From contig CAWHXY010000006.1 in NCBI GenBank assembly GCA_963833575.1, positions 128,001 to 192,000 on the forward strand: a stretch of 64,000 bases of DNA. Direction: 5' to 3'. The notes beneath the pieces were generated by a model. It was not told the origin of the DNA. It did no database searches and saw only the letters and a list, made by a program, of their open reading frames with translations. The stretch is from Candidatus Bathyarchaeota archaeon (GTDB taxonomy: Archaea; Thermoproteota; Bathyarchaeia; Bathyarchaeales; Bathycorpusculaceae). Within the stretch, counting starts at the first letter, position 1. Every line of letters begins with the position of its first letter. This document shows, piece after piece, positions 38,297-49,028 of this stretch. A program made the position numbers and the translations under genes.

Positions 38297-38705
38297 ACTT
38301 AAGATATTCCTTCTTTTGCACATCCATAGTCCAAACACTAATATTTAAACAAAACGAAACAAATCCGCCAAGTGAAGTAATAATTTGCTTTGTGATAAAT
38401 ATTGGAAAACCTACAACGTTCGCATACAAATATAATGGCAATTGTAGAAGAGATCGTTAGAACACACCCAAAGGAAATCATAAGTTTTGCAGTCACTCAA
38501 ATAGCTGTCAAATTTTTAGGGAATAAATTTGAATCTAATTGTAATGAAGTACATTGGGAACAAAAGTTTGATTTGTCGCTTTCCTTTTTGTGTTAGACCA
38601 TGCATTTTTCTTGCAGCGATATGATAAAGCAATTCAGCGGTCTGGTTTTGCAGTAAACCAAAAGTTATTACTACAAGATAAAAAATAGTAGATTGGTGAT
38701 TTAAA

Positions 38706-39131
38706 ATGGATTTTGATGAATATATAAAGTTTGCAAATGAAAACCCAATAGGATTCTTGGCAACAGTAGACGGTGAGCAACCACGAGTCAGAGGATTCCA
38801 ACTGTGGTATGCTGACAAGTCAGGACTATACTACAGCTCCGCCGCCAACAAAGACATCTGTAAACAGTTAAAAGGTAACCCGAAAGTTGAAGTATGTTTC
38901 TTTAACCCTAAAAGCAAAGAAATGCAGCAAATGAGGGTAACAGGCGCAGTTGAATTCATTAATGACATAGAAATGAAAAAGAAACTTCTTGACGCCAGAC
39001 CCTTCCTAAAGCAGGCAGGCCTAACACCAGAAAACCCAGGGCTAATACTCTTTAAAATCGTCAAATGTACAGCTCACTTCTGGACGTTTGCAACGAATAA
39101 TCAACCGAAAAAATTTGTTAGCTTCGTATAG
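38706..39131 (+). CDS. Pyridoxamine 5'-phosphate oxidase-like FMN-binding protein
   Basis: FLATVDGEQPRVR, QLKGNPKVEVCF, QMRVTG. Confidence 0.85.
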   Translation: MDFDEYIKFANENPIGFLATVDGEQPRVRGFQLWYADKSGLYYSSAANKDICKQLKGNPKVEVCFFNPKSKEMQQMRVTGAVEFINDIEMKKKLLDARPFLKQAGLTPENPGLILFKIVKCTAHFWTFATNNQPKKFVSFV

Positions 39132-39371
39132 AAGCTATAACTATTCTTTTTCAATTTTTCGCCTATGATCGTCTTTCCGTAGGCGACGGCGACTCAGCTG
39201 GATAGCCTATCGGAAAAAAGTTACAATCTTGTGTGCTGTTCATTAAAAACTTATTTAGAAAATGACAATCATTGCAACCAATCTTTGAAAAAAAGCACTA
39301 TCAAAAATCTGTCAAAGGAAAAGCTTTTAGATTATGGAAGTGGATATCAAATCAACAAAAAGGCGATTTGA

Positions 39372-39473
39372 ATGGAAAAGAAATGCCCAGTTTGTAAAAA
39401 GAAGTATACTACGTTTGATGCTAAGTCAAAATATTGTAGCGATGCTTGCGCTAAAAAGGCTGGCAAAAGGTAA
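39372..39473 (+). CDS. 33-aa Zn-ribbon mini-protein (not in ORF track)
   Basis: MEKKCPVCKKKYTTFDAKSKYCSDACAKKAGKR (CPxC...YCSxxC). Confidence 0.65.
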   Translation: MEKKCPVCKKKYTTFDAKSKYCSDACAKKAGKR

Positions 39474-39647
39474 GCGCTTAGCTATACGGAAGCCAATCCA
39501 TTTCTGGAAGACATTTCCAAATGCATCGGTTAAGATAAAAGTCATTATCTTTTTTATTTTGGCCATGAGCTTTCGGAAAAAATGAATCTAAACTTTGCCT
39601 ATTCGCGGCATAAATAAATATACTAATCTTGACTGTATTATCATAGA

Positions 39648-40475
39648 ATGCAAGCTTTTAGACGGCACAAAAAAATAGTTGTAGTCGCTGCATTTTTAGC
39701 AGCAATAATAATTGTGTCAGCTTTCATTATTCACAACAATTCTAAACCTTCCTCACCAACCTCTTCACCTTCACCTACGCCAACACCAACGCAAATACCT
39801 ACACAACCCCCAAAAACATCGCCTACACCAACGACTTCACCTATTACTGCAACACCAACCCTTCAAGGCTTCATACCGCCTCCGGTTTTGACCCCACTTC
39901 CTACCGTTAACCCTACTCGTTATCCGGGAGAAATCACTCAATATCAAGGCATAGATTTGTCGCCAATAAACGCTGTCTACCAAAATGCAATTGTTGGAAC
40001 ACAAAACATAGACCAGACAACTTACCGCCTAACAGTCACTGGTTTAGTCAACAAGACGATGGACTACACGTACGATCAAGTTGTTAACAATCATCAAACG
40101 TACCCTAAAGTAGTGACGATTGTCTGCGTCGAAGGTTGGAGCGCTACTCTGCTCTGGGAAGGCATAAGCGTAAACGATCTTCTCAAGGAAGCAGGCATTA
40201 GCCCGCAGGCAACAGTCATTATCTTTCATGCCTCCGACGGATATACAACCGCCCTTCCAATGGATTACATTGTTCAAAACAAAATAATCATAGCATACAG
40301 GGTAAACAACGTAACGTTGACTCCTACGATAGGATGGCCATTCATGCTTGTGTGCCAAAACGAATATGGATATAAGTGGATAAAATGGATAACAGAAATT
40401 GAAGCATCAAATGACACAAACTATCTTGGATTTTGGGAAAGCCGAGGTTACCCTAATAATGCTACAATACGTTGA
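39648..40475 (+). CDS. Membrane-anchored molybdopterin-dependent oxidoreductase (sulfite oxidase/MsrP-like)
   Basis: CVEGWS, DGYTT, GWPF, YGYKWIKWI, GFWESRGY, Pro/Thr linker. Confidence 0.88.
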   Translation: MQAFRRHKKIVVVAAFLAAIIIVSAFIIHNNSKPSSPTSSPSPTPTPTQIPTQPPKTSPTPTTSPITATPTLQGFIPPPVLTPLPTVNPTRYPGEITQYQGIDLSPINAVYQNAIVGTQNIDQTTYRLTVTGLVNKTMDYTYDQVVNNHQTYPKVVTIVCVEGWSATLLWEGISVNDLLKEAGISPQATVIIFHASDGYTTALPMDYIVQNKIIIAYRVNNVTLTPTIGWPFMLVCQNEYGYKWIKWITEIEASNDTNYLGFWESRGYPNNATIR

Positions 40476-40653
40476 GAATCGAATATCAACATGTCCAAAC
40501 TTTAGCTTAAAGAGCCAAATTAAATTAGACCAAGCAGTTATGCGGTAAATTGATAAATATTTTTCTTAAACATGACAGTTTTGAAAATTTTATTTTGATG
40601 TAGCTACGCAAGTTAAAAATAATTGTGGTGGCATAGTATTATTGTGGGAATTT

Positions 40654-40827
40654 ATGATGGATGAATATGTGAAGGGACCTGAACCCGACAGGTGGCATTG
40701 GATGAAAAACTGCAAGCAGTATCCCTGGGTCGCGATTCAAAGACGCACAAAAAGACCCACTTCTGACCTCTGCGACGAGTGCAGTGACTTAGAAACAATT
40801 GAACTACGAAAAATAACAGCGGCATAA
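40654..40827 (+). CDS. Small Cys-containing hypothetical protein
   Basis: DRWHWMKNCKQYP...LCDEC. Confidence 0.5.
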   Translation: MMDEYVKGPEPDRWHWMKNCKQYPWVAIQRRTKRPTSDLCDECSDLETIELRKITAA

Positions 40828-40897
40828 ATGAATGGATCCCTAAAATCTAAATTTAACGATGTAATGTAGCTTATGCTGTATACCAGATCGCCCGCAT

Positions 40898-42664
40898 TTA
40901 GAACAACGGCGGTTCTTGTGTGTTTGAAGACCTTAGGTTCAAGGGCAACTCAACCTTGATTGTTGTCCCGAGATTAACCTGGCTTTCAGCACTGATTTTT
41001 CCCTCATGTGCTTCAACGGCTCGCTTGCTAATAGCTAAGCCTAAACCCATACCCTTTGCTTTAGTTGTATACAAGGGCAACCAAAGCTTACTCAATGTTT
41101 CCTGAGTCATCCCTTCGCCAGTATCCTTAAAACTAAAAACCATCATCTCATCTTTTTGTTCGCATTTAATTGTTAGTATTCCACCTTTTGGCATGGCATC
41201 ATAAGCATTTTTTATTATGTTTGCAAAGGCTCGAGTCATTTTGCTTGAATCAATTTCGAACTTGGGATCTTCGCAGGTTTTATCTATTACTACAACATTT
41301 TCGGGTGCCAAACTGAAAGCTAAAGCATTATTCACTAATGACTTAGGTGTAACAGATTCTAGGTCAAGCCGTATTTCACTTGAGTAATCAATTAAATCGT
41401 TAACTATTTTATTAGAATAATTAATACTGCTGTCCATGCTTTCAAACATGACTTCATCTTTTTTATCCAGAACGTTGGCATATTTGGTTTTCAAATAGTA
41501 AGCTGCAACACCAATAGCGTTTAGGGGGTTCCGTAAATCATGCCCTAAGATTCCAGCTAGCTCACCAATTGAAGCAAGACGCTCTGACTTTATCACCTTT
41601 TGCTCCAACTCCTTCTGCTCTGTAACATCACGGATAACAAATGCCACTCCAACGTCATGACCTTTGTTGTCACAAACCACCGAACAAGACACAATACCCG
41701 TTCTCGGTAGGCCCGATTTTGAACGAAAAGTTATCGAATAATCTCTAAGCTCCCTCTGCTTACGAAGAAGAGCCATAAATTGAGAAGCTGAATAGCCCTT
41801 GCCAATAACACTAGCATCTTGAACAACATCAGTAATTGATTTTCCTAACACCTCGTCTTCCCTGCAGCCGGAAGTCAGCAAAAGAGCACGATTAACTTTA
41901 ACAATTATTCCTTCAAGGTTAACAAGTATGACAGATTCAAGCATTGTGGAAAAAATATTCTCAGCAGCTATCTCAGGTCTAAAACCGAATAATTTGTACT
42001 TCAACATGGCATAAACTACCAAAAAGCTTGTAAAACTGGCAGAGATTGCGCCTAAACCTGGAAAATCAATACCCATAATCGGAAACAAAGAATCTGTTAC
42101 TAAATCCAAGAATACTGGAATTGCAAAAGCAACAGCAACAAACACGGTTTGCTGCTTTCTTGTTTTGTCAATAATTCGATTATAATAACTAGCAAACAAA
42201 AACAGCACTAAAAGCATGGTAACTGCTGCCCAGAGGCCATCAATCCTCGAAATCCAAGAGTAGAGAGGTACAGTGTAGCTGTAACCCCAAGATTTCAAAA
42301 TGGGAGCCAAAGAAATCCAGTAAGTAGTCACATCAATCAACGAAAAAAGAAGCGGTGGAAAGTACAACGCCACATAGATTAGCTTGTTTTTTAACAAATC
42401 ACTCTCTGTGAAAGCAAGTGCAAAATGCAGTGTTAAAGCCATCAAGAACGGCCACAAGAAAATTTCTTTACCCCAAAAAGCTGCAGTTGAAGCGTTGGTT
42501 GATATGGTCAACATAAATTGACCGAAAGCCCAATACGCAGTACCAAACATAATTAACATGAAAAACCGATTTACCGTCGATTTTCTATTTATTAAATAAA
42601 CACTAACACCTAAAGGGATGCATAATGCGCTCGCAAACAAAGAGAGCAAAGCGTAAAGATTCAT
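40898..42664 (-). CDS. 7TM-PAS sensor histidine kinase
   Basis: N-terminal TM domain, PAS, GHDLRNPL, NAYDAM, DTGEGM, GMGLGL. Confidence 0.92.
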   Translation of the reverse strand: MNLYALLSLFASALCIPLGVSVYLINRKSTVNRFFMLIMFGTAYWAFGQFMLTISTNASTAAFWGKEIFLWPFLMALTLHFALAFTESDLLKNKLIYVALYFPPLLFSLIDVTTYWISLAPILKSWGYSYTVPLYSWISRIDGLWAAVTMLLVLFLFASYYNRIIDKTRKQQTVFVAVAFAIPVFLDLVTDSLFPIMGIDFPGLGAISASFTSFLVVYAMLKYKLFGFRPEIAAENIFSTMLESVILVNLEGIIVKVNRALLLTSGCREDEVLGKSITDVVQDASVIGKGYSASQFMALLRKQRELRDYSITFRSKSGLPRTGIVSCSVVCDNKGHDVGVAFVIRDVTEQKELEQKVIKSERLASIGELAGILGHDLRNPLNAIGVAAYYLKTKYANVLDKKDEVMFESMDSSINYSNKIVNDLIDYSSEIRLDLESVTPKSLVNNALAFSLAPENVVVIDKTCEDPKFEIDSSKMTRAFANIIKNAYDAMPKGGILTIKCEQKDEMMVFSFKDTGEGMTQETLSKLWLPLYTTKAKGMGLGLAISKRAVEAHEGKISAESQVNLGTTIKVELPLNLRSSNTQEPPLF

Positions 42665-42904
42665 CTATTTTTTCGCCAATCCAACCTTTCAACGATATAG
42701 CCAGTAAGACATTTCGATACGTTATATAGCCAATACAATCATCATTTTAAAAATAAAATAATATGTGCGAGCAATAAGGAATAACAATTTTCAAATCACA
42801 CTACAAAATAATCACTCTGAAAGAACATCAATCAGCATGCTTTTATTTGTGGGGCAAGAACTATCCCTTAACAAAATCCAACTCACAACGATGAAGGCAG
42901 ACGC

Positions 42905-44440
42905 ATGGTTGAGCTCAGAGCACAAGAACAACAATTACTCACCACCTTAGAATCATTAGGCGGAAAAGCTTCAGTAGACCAGTTAATTGATACTTGCGGA
43001 CTGCCAGATACTGCAGTTATGCGTATGGGGTTGACTCTTCAAGAAAAAAACCTCCTTGCAATACATGCCCAGCACCAAAATATCATCAAACTAACCCCTG
43101 AAGGAGAACAATACGCAAAAAAGGGTCTGCCAGAACGCAGTCTAATCCGCGCTGTAGCAGATCTAGGCGGAGCAGCTGACCTGCAAGCTGCGGCAAAACA
43201 AGCAGGAATCGAAGCTCAATTTATCCAAATCGCGCTTGGCTGGGCGATAAGAAAGAAATGGGCGCTTTACACCTCAAGCAACAACACTCTACGGATCAGC
43301 GAGTTACTATTGCATCAAGCATTTATTGAGGAAGGCTGCGACGAAACACTACTCAAATATCTAGGCGACAAGCATCAGCACCAAGCGGCAACCGAAGATT
43401 TAAGCCTAGAACTGAAAGAAGCGGCTGAGCAACTTAAAAAACGTAAGCTCGTAAACATCGAGCCTAAAACCGCACGTACGCTCCAAATCACTCTGGAGGG
43501 CAAGAAAGCAGCCGCCGAAGCCAAAGTAGCACCACAAGAAATCACCCAACTAACACCCGAACTCATAATCACCGGCAAATGGCACACTTCAAAACTGCAA
43601 AAATACAACATTGAAGCACCAGTAGCAAAAGCTTACCCAGGCAAAAAACATCCATATCTACAGTTTCTCGATGAAGTCCGAGAAAAACTCGTTAACCTTG
43701 GCTTCCAAGAGATGACAGGCACCGCCGTTGAAACCAGCTTCTTCAACTTTGATGCACTCTACGTACCTCAGGATCATCCAGCCCGTGAGGAAAGCGATAT
43801 CTACTATCTAAAGGACCCAAAATACGGAGACATAAGTAGTCACGCTCAAGCCGTAGAGCATGTTGCTGAAACGCATGAAAAAGGGTTGGAGACAGGTTCA
43901 ACCGGCTGGGGATACAAATACTCACTTTTAGCCGCCCAAAGATTGATTCTCCGCGGACATGGCACATGTCTCAGCGCACGAACATTGGAAAACAAAAACT
44001 TCCAAGTTCCAAGCAAACACTTCTCAATCGCACGTGTTTACCGTCCAGAAATAACCGACAAAACCCACCTATCCGAATTCAACCAAGTTGAAGGAATCAT
44101 TATAGACGAAAACTTAACGCTAAAAGACTTGTTAGGCGTGCTTGGTAAATTCGCCATTGAGATTGCTGGAGCAGATAAAGTTCGCTTCAAACCAGATTAT
44201 TTCCCATTTACAGAACCCAGTGTTGAACTCAGCGCTTACAAGGAAGGCTATGGCTGGGTAGAATTCGGCGGCTCAGGAATCTTCCGTCCAGAAGTCACCA
44301 TACCCCTTGGCGTAAAAGTACCCGTTATTGCTTGGGGACTAGGCGTCGACCGCCTCTTCATGATGCGTGCCGGCATAGAAGATATCAGAGATATTTTCAG
44401 CCAAGACCTTGATTGGCTACGCAAAAAACAGGTGACTTAA
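42905..44440 (+). CDS. pheS: Phenylalanine-tRNA ligase alpha subunit
   Basis: NFDALYVPQDHPAR, THLSEFNQVEG, YFPFTEPS, GIFRPEV. Confidence 0.97.
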   Translation: MVELRAQEQQLLTTLESLGGKASVDQLIDTCGLPDTAVMRMGLTLQEKNLLAIHAQHQNIIKLTPEGEQYAKKGLPERSLIRAVADLGGAADLQAAAKQAGIEAQFIQIALGWAIRKKWALYTSSNNTLRISELLLHQAFIEEGCDETLLKYLGDKHQHQAATEDLSLELKEAAEQLKKRKLVNIEPKTARTLQITLEGKKAAAEAKVAPQEITQLTPELIITGKWHTSKLQKYNIEAPVAKAYPGKKHPYLQFLDEVREKLVNLGFQEMTGTAVETSFFNFDALYVPQDHPAREESDIYYLKDPKYGDISSHAQAVEHVAETHEKGLETGSTGWGYKYSLLAAQRLILRGHGTCLSARTLENKNFQVPSKHFSIARVYRPEITDKTHLSEFNQVEGIIIDENLTLKDLLGVLGKFAIEIAGADKVRFKPDYFPFTEPSVELSAYKEGYGWVEFGGSGIFRPEVTIPLGVKVPVIAWGLGVDRLFMMRAGIEDIRDIFSQDLDWLRKKQVT

Positions 44441-46153
44441 ATGCCCACAATAGACATCGAATACCAAGAACTTGAACGTCTACTAAACTTAAAGTTTGAG
44501 GGCGACATGGCAAAACTCGACGACATTTTATCTATCATCAAAGGTGAAGTTAAACTCTACAACGAACGCGATGGCATAGCTAGCATAGAAATGAAAGACA
44601 CTAACCGCCCTGACCTCTGGAGCGTGGAAGGCCTAAGTAGGGCATTACGAGGCTACTTAAATCAAGAAAAAGGGCTAAAACAATATGCTTCAGGCAAGTC
44701 AATTGTCGAAGTGAACGTTAACGCGCAACTATATAATATTCGTCCTTTCATCTGTTGCTCCGTAATAAAAGACATTCATCTGACAGACAACACAATTAAA
44801 GGGATAATGCACCTGCAAGACAAACTGGACAAGACTTTTGGCAGAAACAGACAGAAAACTTCCATCGGAATTTACAATTTTGACCTAATTAAGCCACCAA
44901 TAGAGTACACTGCAGTTAAGCCGAAAGATGTACGTTTCATTCCCTTGGCATTTACAGAAAAGATGGATTTAGATGAGATTTTAGAAAAGCACCCAAAAGG
45001 CATTGAGTATGGCCACATAGTGAAAAAGAACTCCTTATACCCAATGTTGTTTGATTCTGAAGGCAAAGTCTTGTCTTTCCCCCCGATTATCAACTCAAAT
45101 GACTTAGGCAAAATCACTGAAGAATCAAGAAACTTACTGGTTGAAGTAACAGGTACTTTGCACAAAACTGTTCTAAATACTCTTAATCTGGTTACTGCCG
45201 CATTAATTGATCATGGTGGAAACCCCTACTCAGCAACTATACACTACCCGATAGGCTCAGAATACCAACAACAAACTGTTACAACACCAGATTTCAGCAA
45301 TCGATGCATGTCGTTAAGCGTTGAGGACACAAACAAGCTTCTCGGGCTCAAACTTTCAGCACATAAAATTTCTGAGTTGCTGTTAACGGCGGGCTTAGGA
45401 ATTGAAAAAATCAAAGCAGACAGTGTGGATGTGCTTGTTCCATGTTACCGCATAGACGTAACACATCAGGTTGATCTAATCGAGGATGTAGCAATTGCAT
45501 ATGGCTACAACAAAATTGAGCCGCTTTGGCGTGAACTAGCAACTGCGGGACGAGCAAAACCTGACCAACGGCTCATTAACATCGCAAGGGACTTGATGGT
45601 TGGGTTAGGATACCAAGAAATCCTAACATACACCCTCACGAACCCCGAAAGCCTCTTTGAAAAAATGAACAAACAAAAAACCCCCCTAGTTGAACTGGAC
45701 AACCCCAAAGTCGTCACCATGACATGCCTGCGCAACTGGCTACTACCAAGCCTCATGGAGTTCCTCAGCAACAACCAATCCGTAGAGTTTCCACAAAAGA
45801 TCTATGAACTCGGAAAAGTCACCTTGCCAGACGAGACAAAAGAAACCAAAACACGCGACGAAGAATGGCTAAGTGCTGCAACCGTACATGCAAACTCAAA
45901 CTTTACCGAAATAAAATCAGCCCTAGACGCATTCATGAGCAATTTTTGGGTTGATTGGCAAATAGAAGAAACCACTCATCCAAGCTACATTGAAGGCAGA
46001 GTCGGCAAAATAATCGTGGCTGGAATGGAAGTGGGCATTGTCGGCGAAATCAATCCCTTAGTGCTTGAAGCATGGAAACTTGAAAACCCTACTGCTGCAT
46101 TTGAAATTAACCTACAAAGAATTCTCGAAAACAAATTAAACAAAAAAGCATAG
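44441..46153 (+). CDS. pheT: Phenylalanine-tRNA ligase beta subunit
   Basis: NRPDLWSVEG, LSFPPIINS, DLIEDVAIAYGY. Confidence 0.97.
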   Translation: MPTIDIEYQELERLLNLKFEGDMAKLDDILSIIKGEVKLYNERDGIASIEMKDTNRPDLWSVEGLSRALRGYLNQEKGLKQYASGKSIVEVNVNAQLYNIRPFICCSVIKDIHLTDNTIKGIMHLQDKLDKTFGRNRQKTSIGIYNFDLIKPPIEYTAVKPKDVRFIPLAFTEKMDLDEILEKHPKGIEYGHIVKKNSLYPMLFDSEGKVLSFPPIINSNDLGKITEESRNLLVEVTGTLHKTVLNTLNLVTAALIDHGGNPYSATIHYPIGSEYQQQTVTTPDFSNRCMSLSVEDTNKLLGLKLSAHKISELLLTAGLGIEKIKADSVDVLVPCYRIDVTHQVDLIEDVAIAYGYNKIEPLWRELATAGRAKPDQRLINIARDLMVGLGYQEILTYTLTNPESLFEKMNKQKTPLVELDNPKVVTMTCLRNWLLPSLMEFLSNNQSVEFPQKIYELGKVTLPDETKETKTRDEEWLSAATVHANSNFTEIKSALDAFMSNFWVDWQIEETTHPSYIEGRVGKIIVAGMEVGIVGEINPLVLEAWKLENPTAAFEINLQRILENKLNKKA

Positions 46154-46180
46154 CCGCCTTTTAGCCGTACTCAATTGCAA

Positions 46181-46978
46181 CTAAAACCATGAAAGAGTCC
46201 CATTTTTTCTTGCCGTTTTAAGACACCACGCGTAAATGACATATCCTACGGGCACGATGATGGCACACATCAAAGCTAAGACCAAGAGGTTAGGCAGAAT
46301 CGAGGCAATAGTTGCGCCGGTAAACATGAACCTGATACATGTGAAGAAGTAATAGGGCGGAGTGATGTAGGCGATTATTTGCAATGCATATGGCAGGACT
46401 TGCACTGGGAAGAACACGTTGCCAAATAGACTTATCAATATGGTCATGAGCGCTGTGACGGGGTCGCCTTGTTTGGTTAAAATGAGTATGCCTGAGCCTA
46501 TCATGCTGATTCCGATGAAAGTGCCAATGCCTAAGGCTAACACAATCAGTGCACCAACCACATTAATGCTTAACACTACCCCGAAAACATACACACCGAT
46601 AAGAAGGTAAACCGCAACTACACCCGTGCTCCAGATAAAGCCCCAAATTGAACTACCGAGAATAAAGGTTGTCAAACGAGTCGGCGAAACCAAGACTTCT
46701 TCAAGCGCCCAAGGATTAATTGTTTTCTGAACCAGCGTCAAAGCCTGCCCAAGATAACTGTTAAAGGCTAACCCGATAAGCAGATAAGTCGTGTAGGACG
46801 TGTGGTTTATGTTAGTTACAGTTTGATTAACTGAGCTTTGCCCAAGATAAGCAAAAGTTAACGCTCCAAAAATAGCGGTGAAAACCAGAATAACTATGTT
46901 TGTTTTGTAGGTTGAGAAGCTTACTATGTCTCGCTTCATGAAGTACCAGATTTTCTCAAGCTCAGCTAACAGACCCAC
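46181..46978 (-). CDS. ABC-2 type permease
   Basis: Six TM helices, LEEVLVSP, FFPVQVLP. Confidence 0.88.
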   Translation of the reverse strand: MGLLAELEKIWYFMKRDIVSFSTYKTNIVILVFTAIFGALTFAYLGQSSVNQTVTNINHTSYTTYLLIGLAFNSYLGQALTLVQKTINPWALEEVLVSPTRLTTFILGSSIWGFIWSTGVVAVYLLIGVYVFGVVLSINVVGALIVLALGIGTFIGISMIGSGILILTKQGDPVTALMTILISLFGNVFFPVQVLPYALQIIAYITPPYYFFTCIRFMFTGATIASILPNLLVLALMCAIIVPVGYVIYAWCLKTARKNGTLSWF

Positions 46979-46982
46979 GCAA

Positions 46983-47999
46983 TCATTCTCTCCGTGTTAA
47001 CTCAATAAATGCGTCTTCCAAGCTGGGTTCTTCGCGCTTGAAGTTGACAAATTTGATTTTTTGTTCAAAAAGGAAGTCAAAGATTGTTTGCAGTTGGTCA
47101 ACGTTTTGCAGTTGGACACATAAGCCTTTCTGGTTGGGCATTAGGTCTGGATCGGTTTTTTCGTTTATGCTGATTACGCCTTGGATTGAACGCATTTTGT
47201 CCACTTGAGCTGGCGTTATTTCTTCAAGTATTAGATAGATTAGTTCTTCTTTTTTGATTTTATCTCGCAAAGCGGCAGGGGTGTCGCAAGCAATGATTTT
47301 TCCTTGTTTAAGAATTCCAATTTTAGTGCAAATTTGCGCTGCTTCTTCAATGTAATGAGTTGTATATAGAACTGTTTTGCCTTTCTCCTGAACGGCAGTC
47401 TTTACAAAGTCCCGAATGTTACGTGAGGAAATTGCGTCTAAACCAGTTGTAGGTTCGTCAAGCATAATTATAGGCGGGTCTGCAAGCAACGTTCGGGCAA
47501 GAGCAAGTTTTCTTTTCATTCCACCAGAATACTTCTGATAGAGCTGTAAAGCGTTGTTTTCTAAACCCACCAGCCGCATTACTTCCATGATACGTTTTTG
47601 CCTTTTCTGCCTGGGCACATTGTAAATTGCAGCGAAAAATTCTAGATTTCTGTAACCGTTGAGACGCCAGAAAAAACCTCTTTCTCCAACGCTGAAAAGT
47701 GTGCCAAGAGAGCGTTTTACCTGCATTTGCTGCTTAACTACGTCGTAACCGTTGATTAATGCAGTTCCCTTATCAGGCGGAAGAAGAGTGCATAGCATTT
47801 TGACGAGGGTTGTTTTTCCCGCGCCGTTTGGCCCTAAAAGACCAAAAAGCTCGCCTCTCTTAATTTCAAAGTTAAGATTATCAATGGCATTTACGGAAAC
47901 TGTTTTGCGACTAAAAAATCCAGAGTCCGAGTTCTGAGATTTTGATTTGAATGTTTTCGTTAAGTTGATTGTTTGGATGGCGTTTTCAGTTTGCAACAT
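46983..47999 (-). CDS. ABC transporter ATP-binding protein
   Basis: GPNGAGKTT, YSGGMKRK, LDEPTTGLD. Confidence 0.93.
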   Translation of the reverse strand: MLQTENAIQTINLTKTFKSKSQNSDSGFFSRKTVSVNAIDNLNFEIKRGELFGLLGPNGAGKTTLVKMLCTLLPPDKGTALINGYDVVKQQMQVKRSLGTLFSVGERGFFWRLNGYRNLEFFAAIYNVPRQKRQKRIMEVMRLVGLENNALQLYQKYSGGMKRKLALARTLLADPPIIMLDEPTTGLDAISSRNIRDFVKTAVQEKGKTVLYTTHYIEEAAQICTKIGILKQGKIIACDTPAALRDKIKKEELIYLILEEITPAQVDKMRSIQGVISINEKTDPDLMPNQKGLCVQLQNVDQLQTIFDFLFEQKIKFVNFKREEPSLEDAFIELTRRE

Positions 48000-48090
48000 T
48001 AGTCCTCTTAATCCAAATTAGGCAAAAGCACTCAGTTATCATTTCAGGTAAGGTTAGCTATCAATTAAGCGTTTCTAAATAATGCACCAC

Positions 48091-49011
48091 TTAAAATCGA
48101 TGAATAAACGAGGTAAGTTGTTGGGCATTCTCGAATTTTTCCGTTAGTGGTACTTGCAAGTATGCGGCATACTTGTTGTAGTAGGGTGCGCCTTTTCTTG
48201 AGAATAAAGTTAAGACTTTTCCTTCATGATTAATTTTAAAACCTACATCGCTTGCTTCGTGCCCCCGAATCAAAATTTTGACTTGCAACCGTCTAAGAAC
48301 TTCCTCAGTCACTTTTTTGCCAAAAAGCTTTCCTATACTCCTTGGAGAAAAAGAGACGCCTGGCAACGCTTCAGCTGGATCGCTCCAAAGCAAATCTTCT
48401 AGCAAAGCTTCGTTTTGATTTTCTTGTGCTTCTGCGATGTCTTGAACACTACTTATTTCTGGAGATAAGCCGCCATGAACCATCAGATAGCAATTAGGCA
48501 CATACAACGCATTATATAGGCAAGTGTGAAATTCACGTATTTTCGCGTAAGTTGTTTGCCAATCTTCGCCAAACCTGCGTTGGAATTGATAAGGCAAATC
48601 ATGCGGTTCGCCCAGCAAATCTTGTGGTGCTTCATGGTTTCCCCTCAGCAGAACAACTTGTTTAGGATAAGTAAGCTTTAGCTTTAGAATAAAATAGTAG
48701 ATTTCTGTTGATTTTTCGCCTCTGTCGCCATAATCACCCAAAAAAATCATTGTTGCATCTTTAGCTTTCTCCATTTTCTTGAGAAAACAGCTTGTCTGAA
48801 GGATAGATGTGAGGCTTTCTAGATCTCCATGCAAGTCGCCAATTACTAATGCTTCGCCAATTGGTTCAAGCTTAACTAAATGATTTATTATTGTCAAATT
48901 GCCAATTTGGCCATCTTCTTTTTGCAACAAACAGGTGGCTTTTTCTATTATTTCGATGAAATCGCTTCTTTGGATGCTTAAGGCTTCTTCAACAAGTGAA
49001 GGCAAATCCAA
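48091..49011 (-). CDS. PPP-family Ser/Thr protein phosphatase
   Basis: GDLHGD, GDYGDRG, LRGNHE, HGG, LWSDP, RGHE. Confidence 0.92.
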   Translation of the reverse strand: MDLPSLVEEALSIQRSDFIEIIEKATCLLQKEDGQIGNLTIINHLVKLEPIGEALVIGDLHGDLESLTSILQTSCFLKKMEKAKDATMIFLGDYGDRGEKSTEIYYFILKLKLTYPKQVVLLRGNHEAPQDLLGEPHDLPYQFQRRFGEDWQTTYAKIREFHTCLYNALYVPNCYLMVHGGLSPEISSVQDIAEAQENQNEALLEDLLWSDPAEALPGVSFSPRSIGKLFGKKVTEEVLRRLQVKILIRGHEASDVGFKINHEGKVLTLFSRKGAPYYNKYAAYLQVPLTEKFENAQQLTSFIHRF

Positions 49012-49028
49012 AACTCAAACACCCAAGA

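Noticed and set aside
39334-39585. 83-aa ORF
   Set aside because: The overlapping frame encodes a more convincing CxxC/CxxxC microprotein.
39740-39920. Pro/Thr-rich low-complexity repeats (also near 60190-60300)
   Set aside because: Ordinary linkers of exported proteins.
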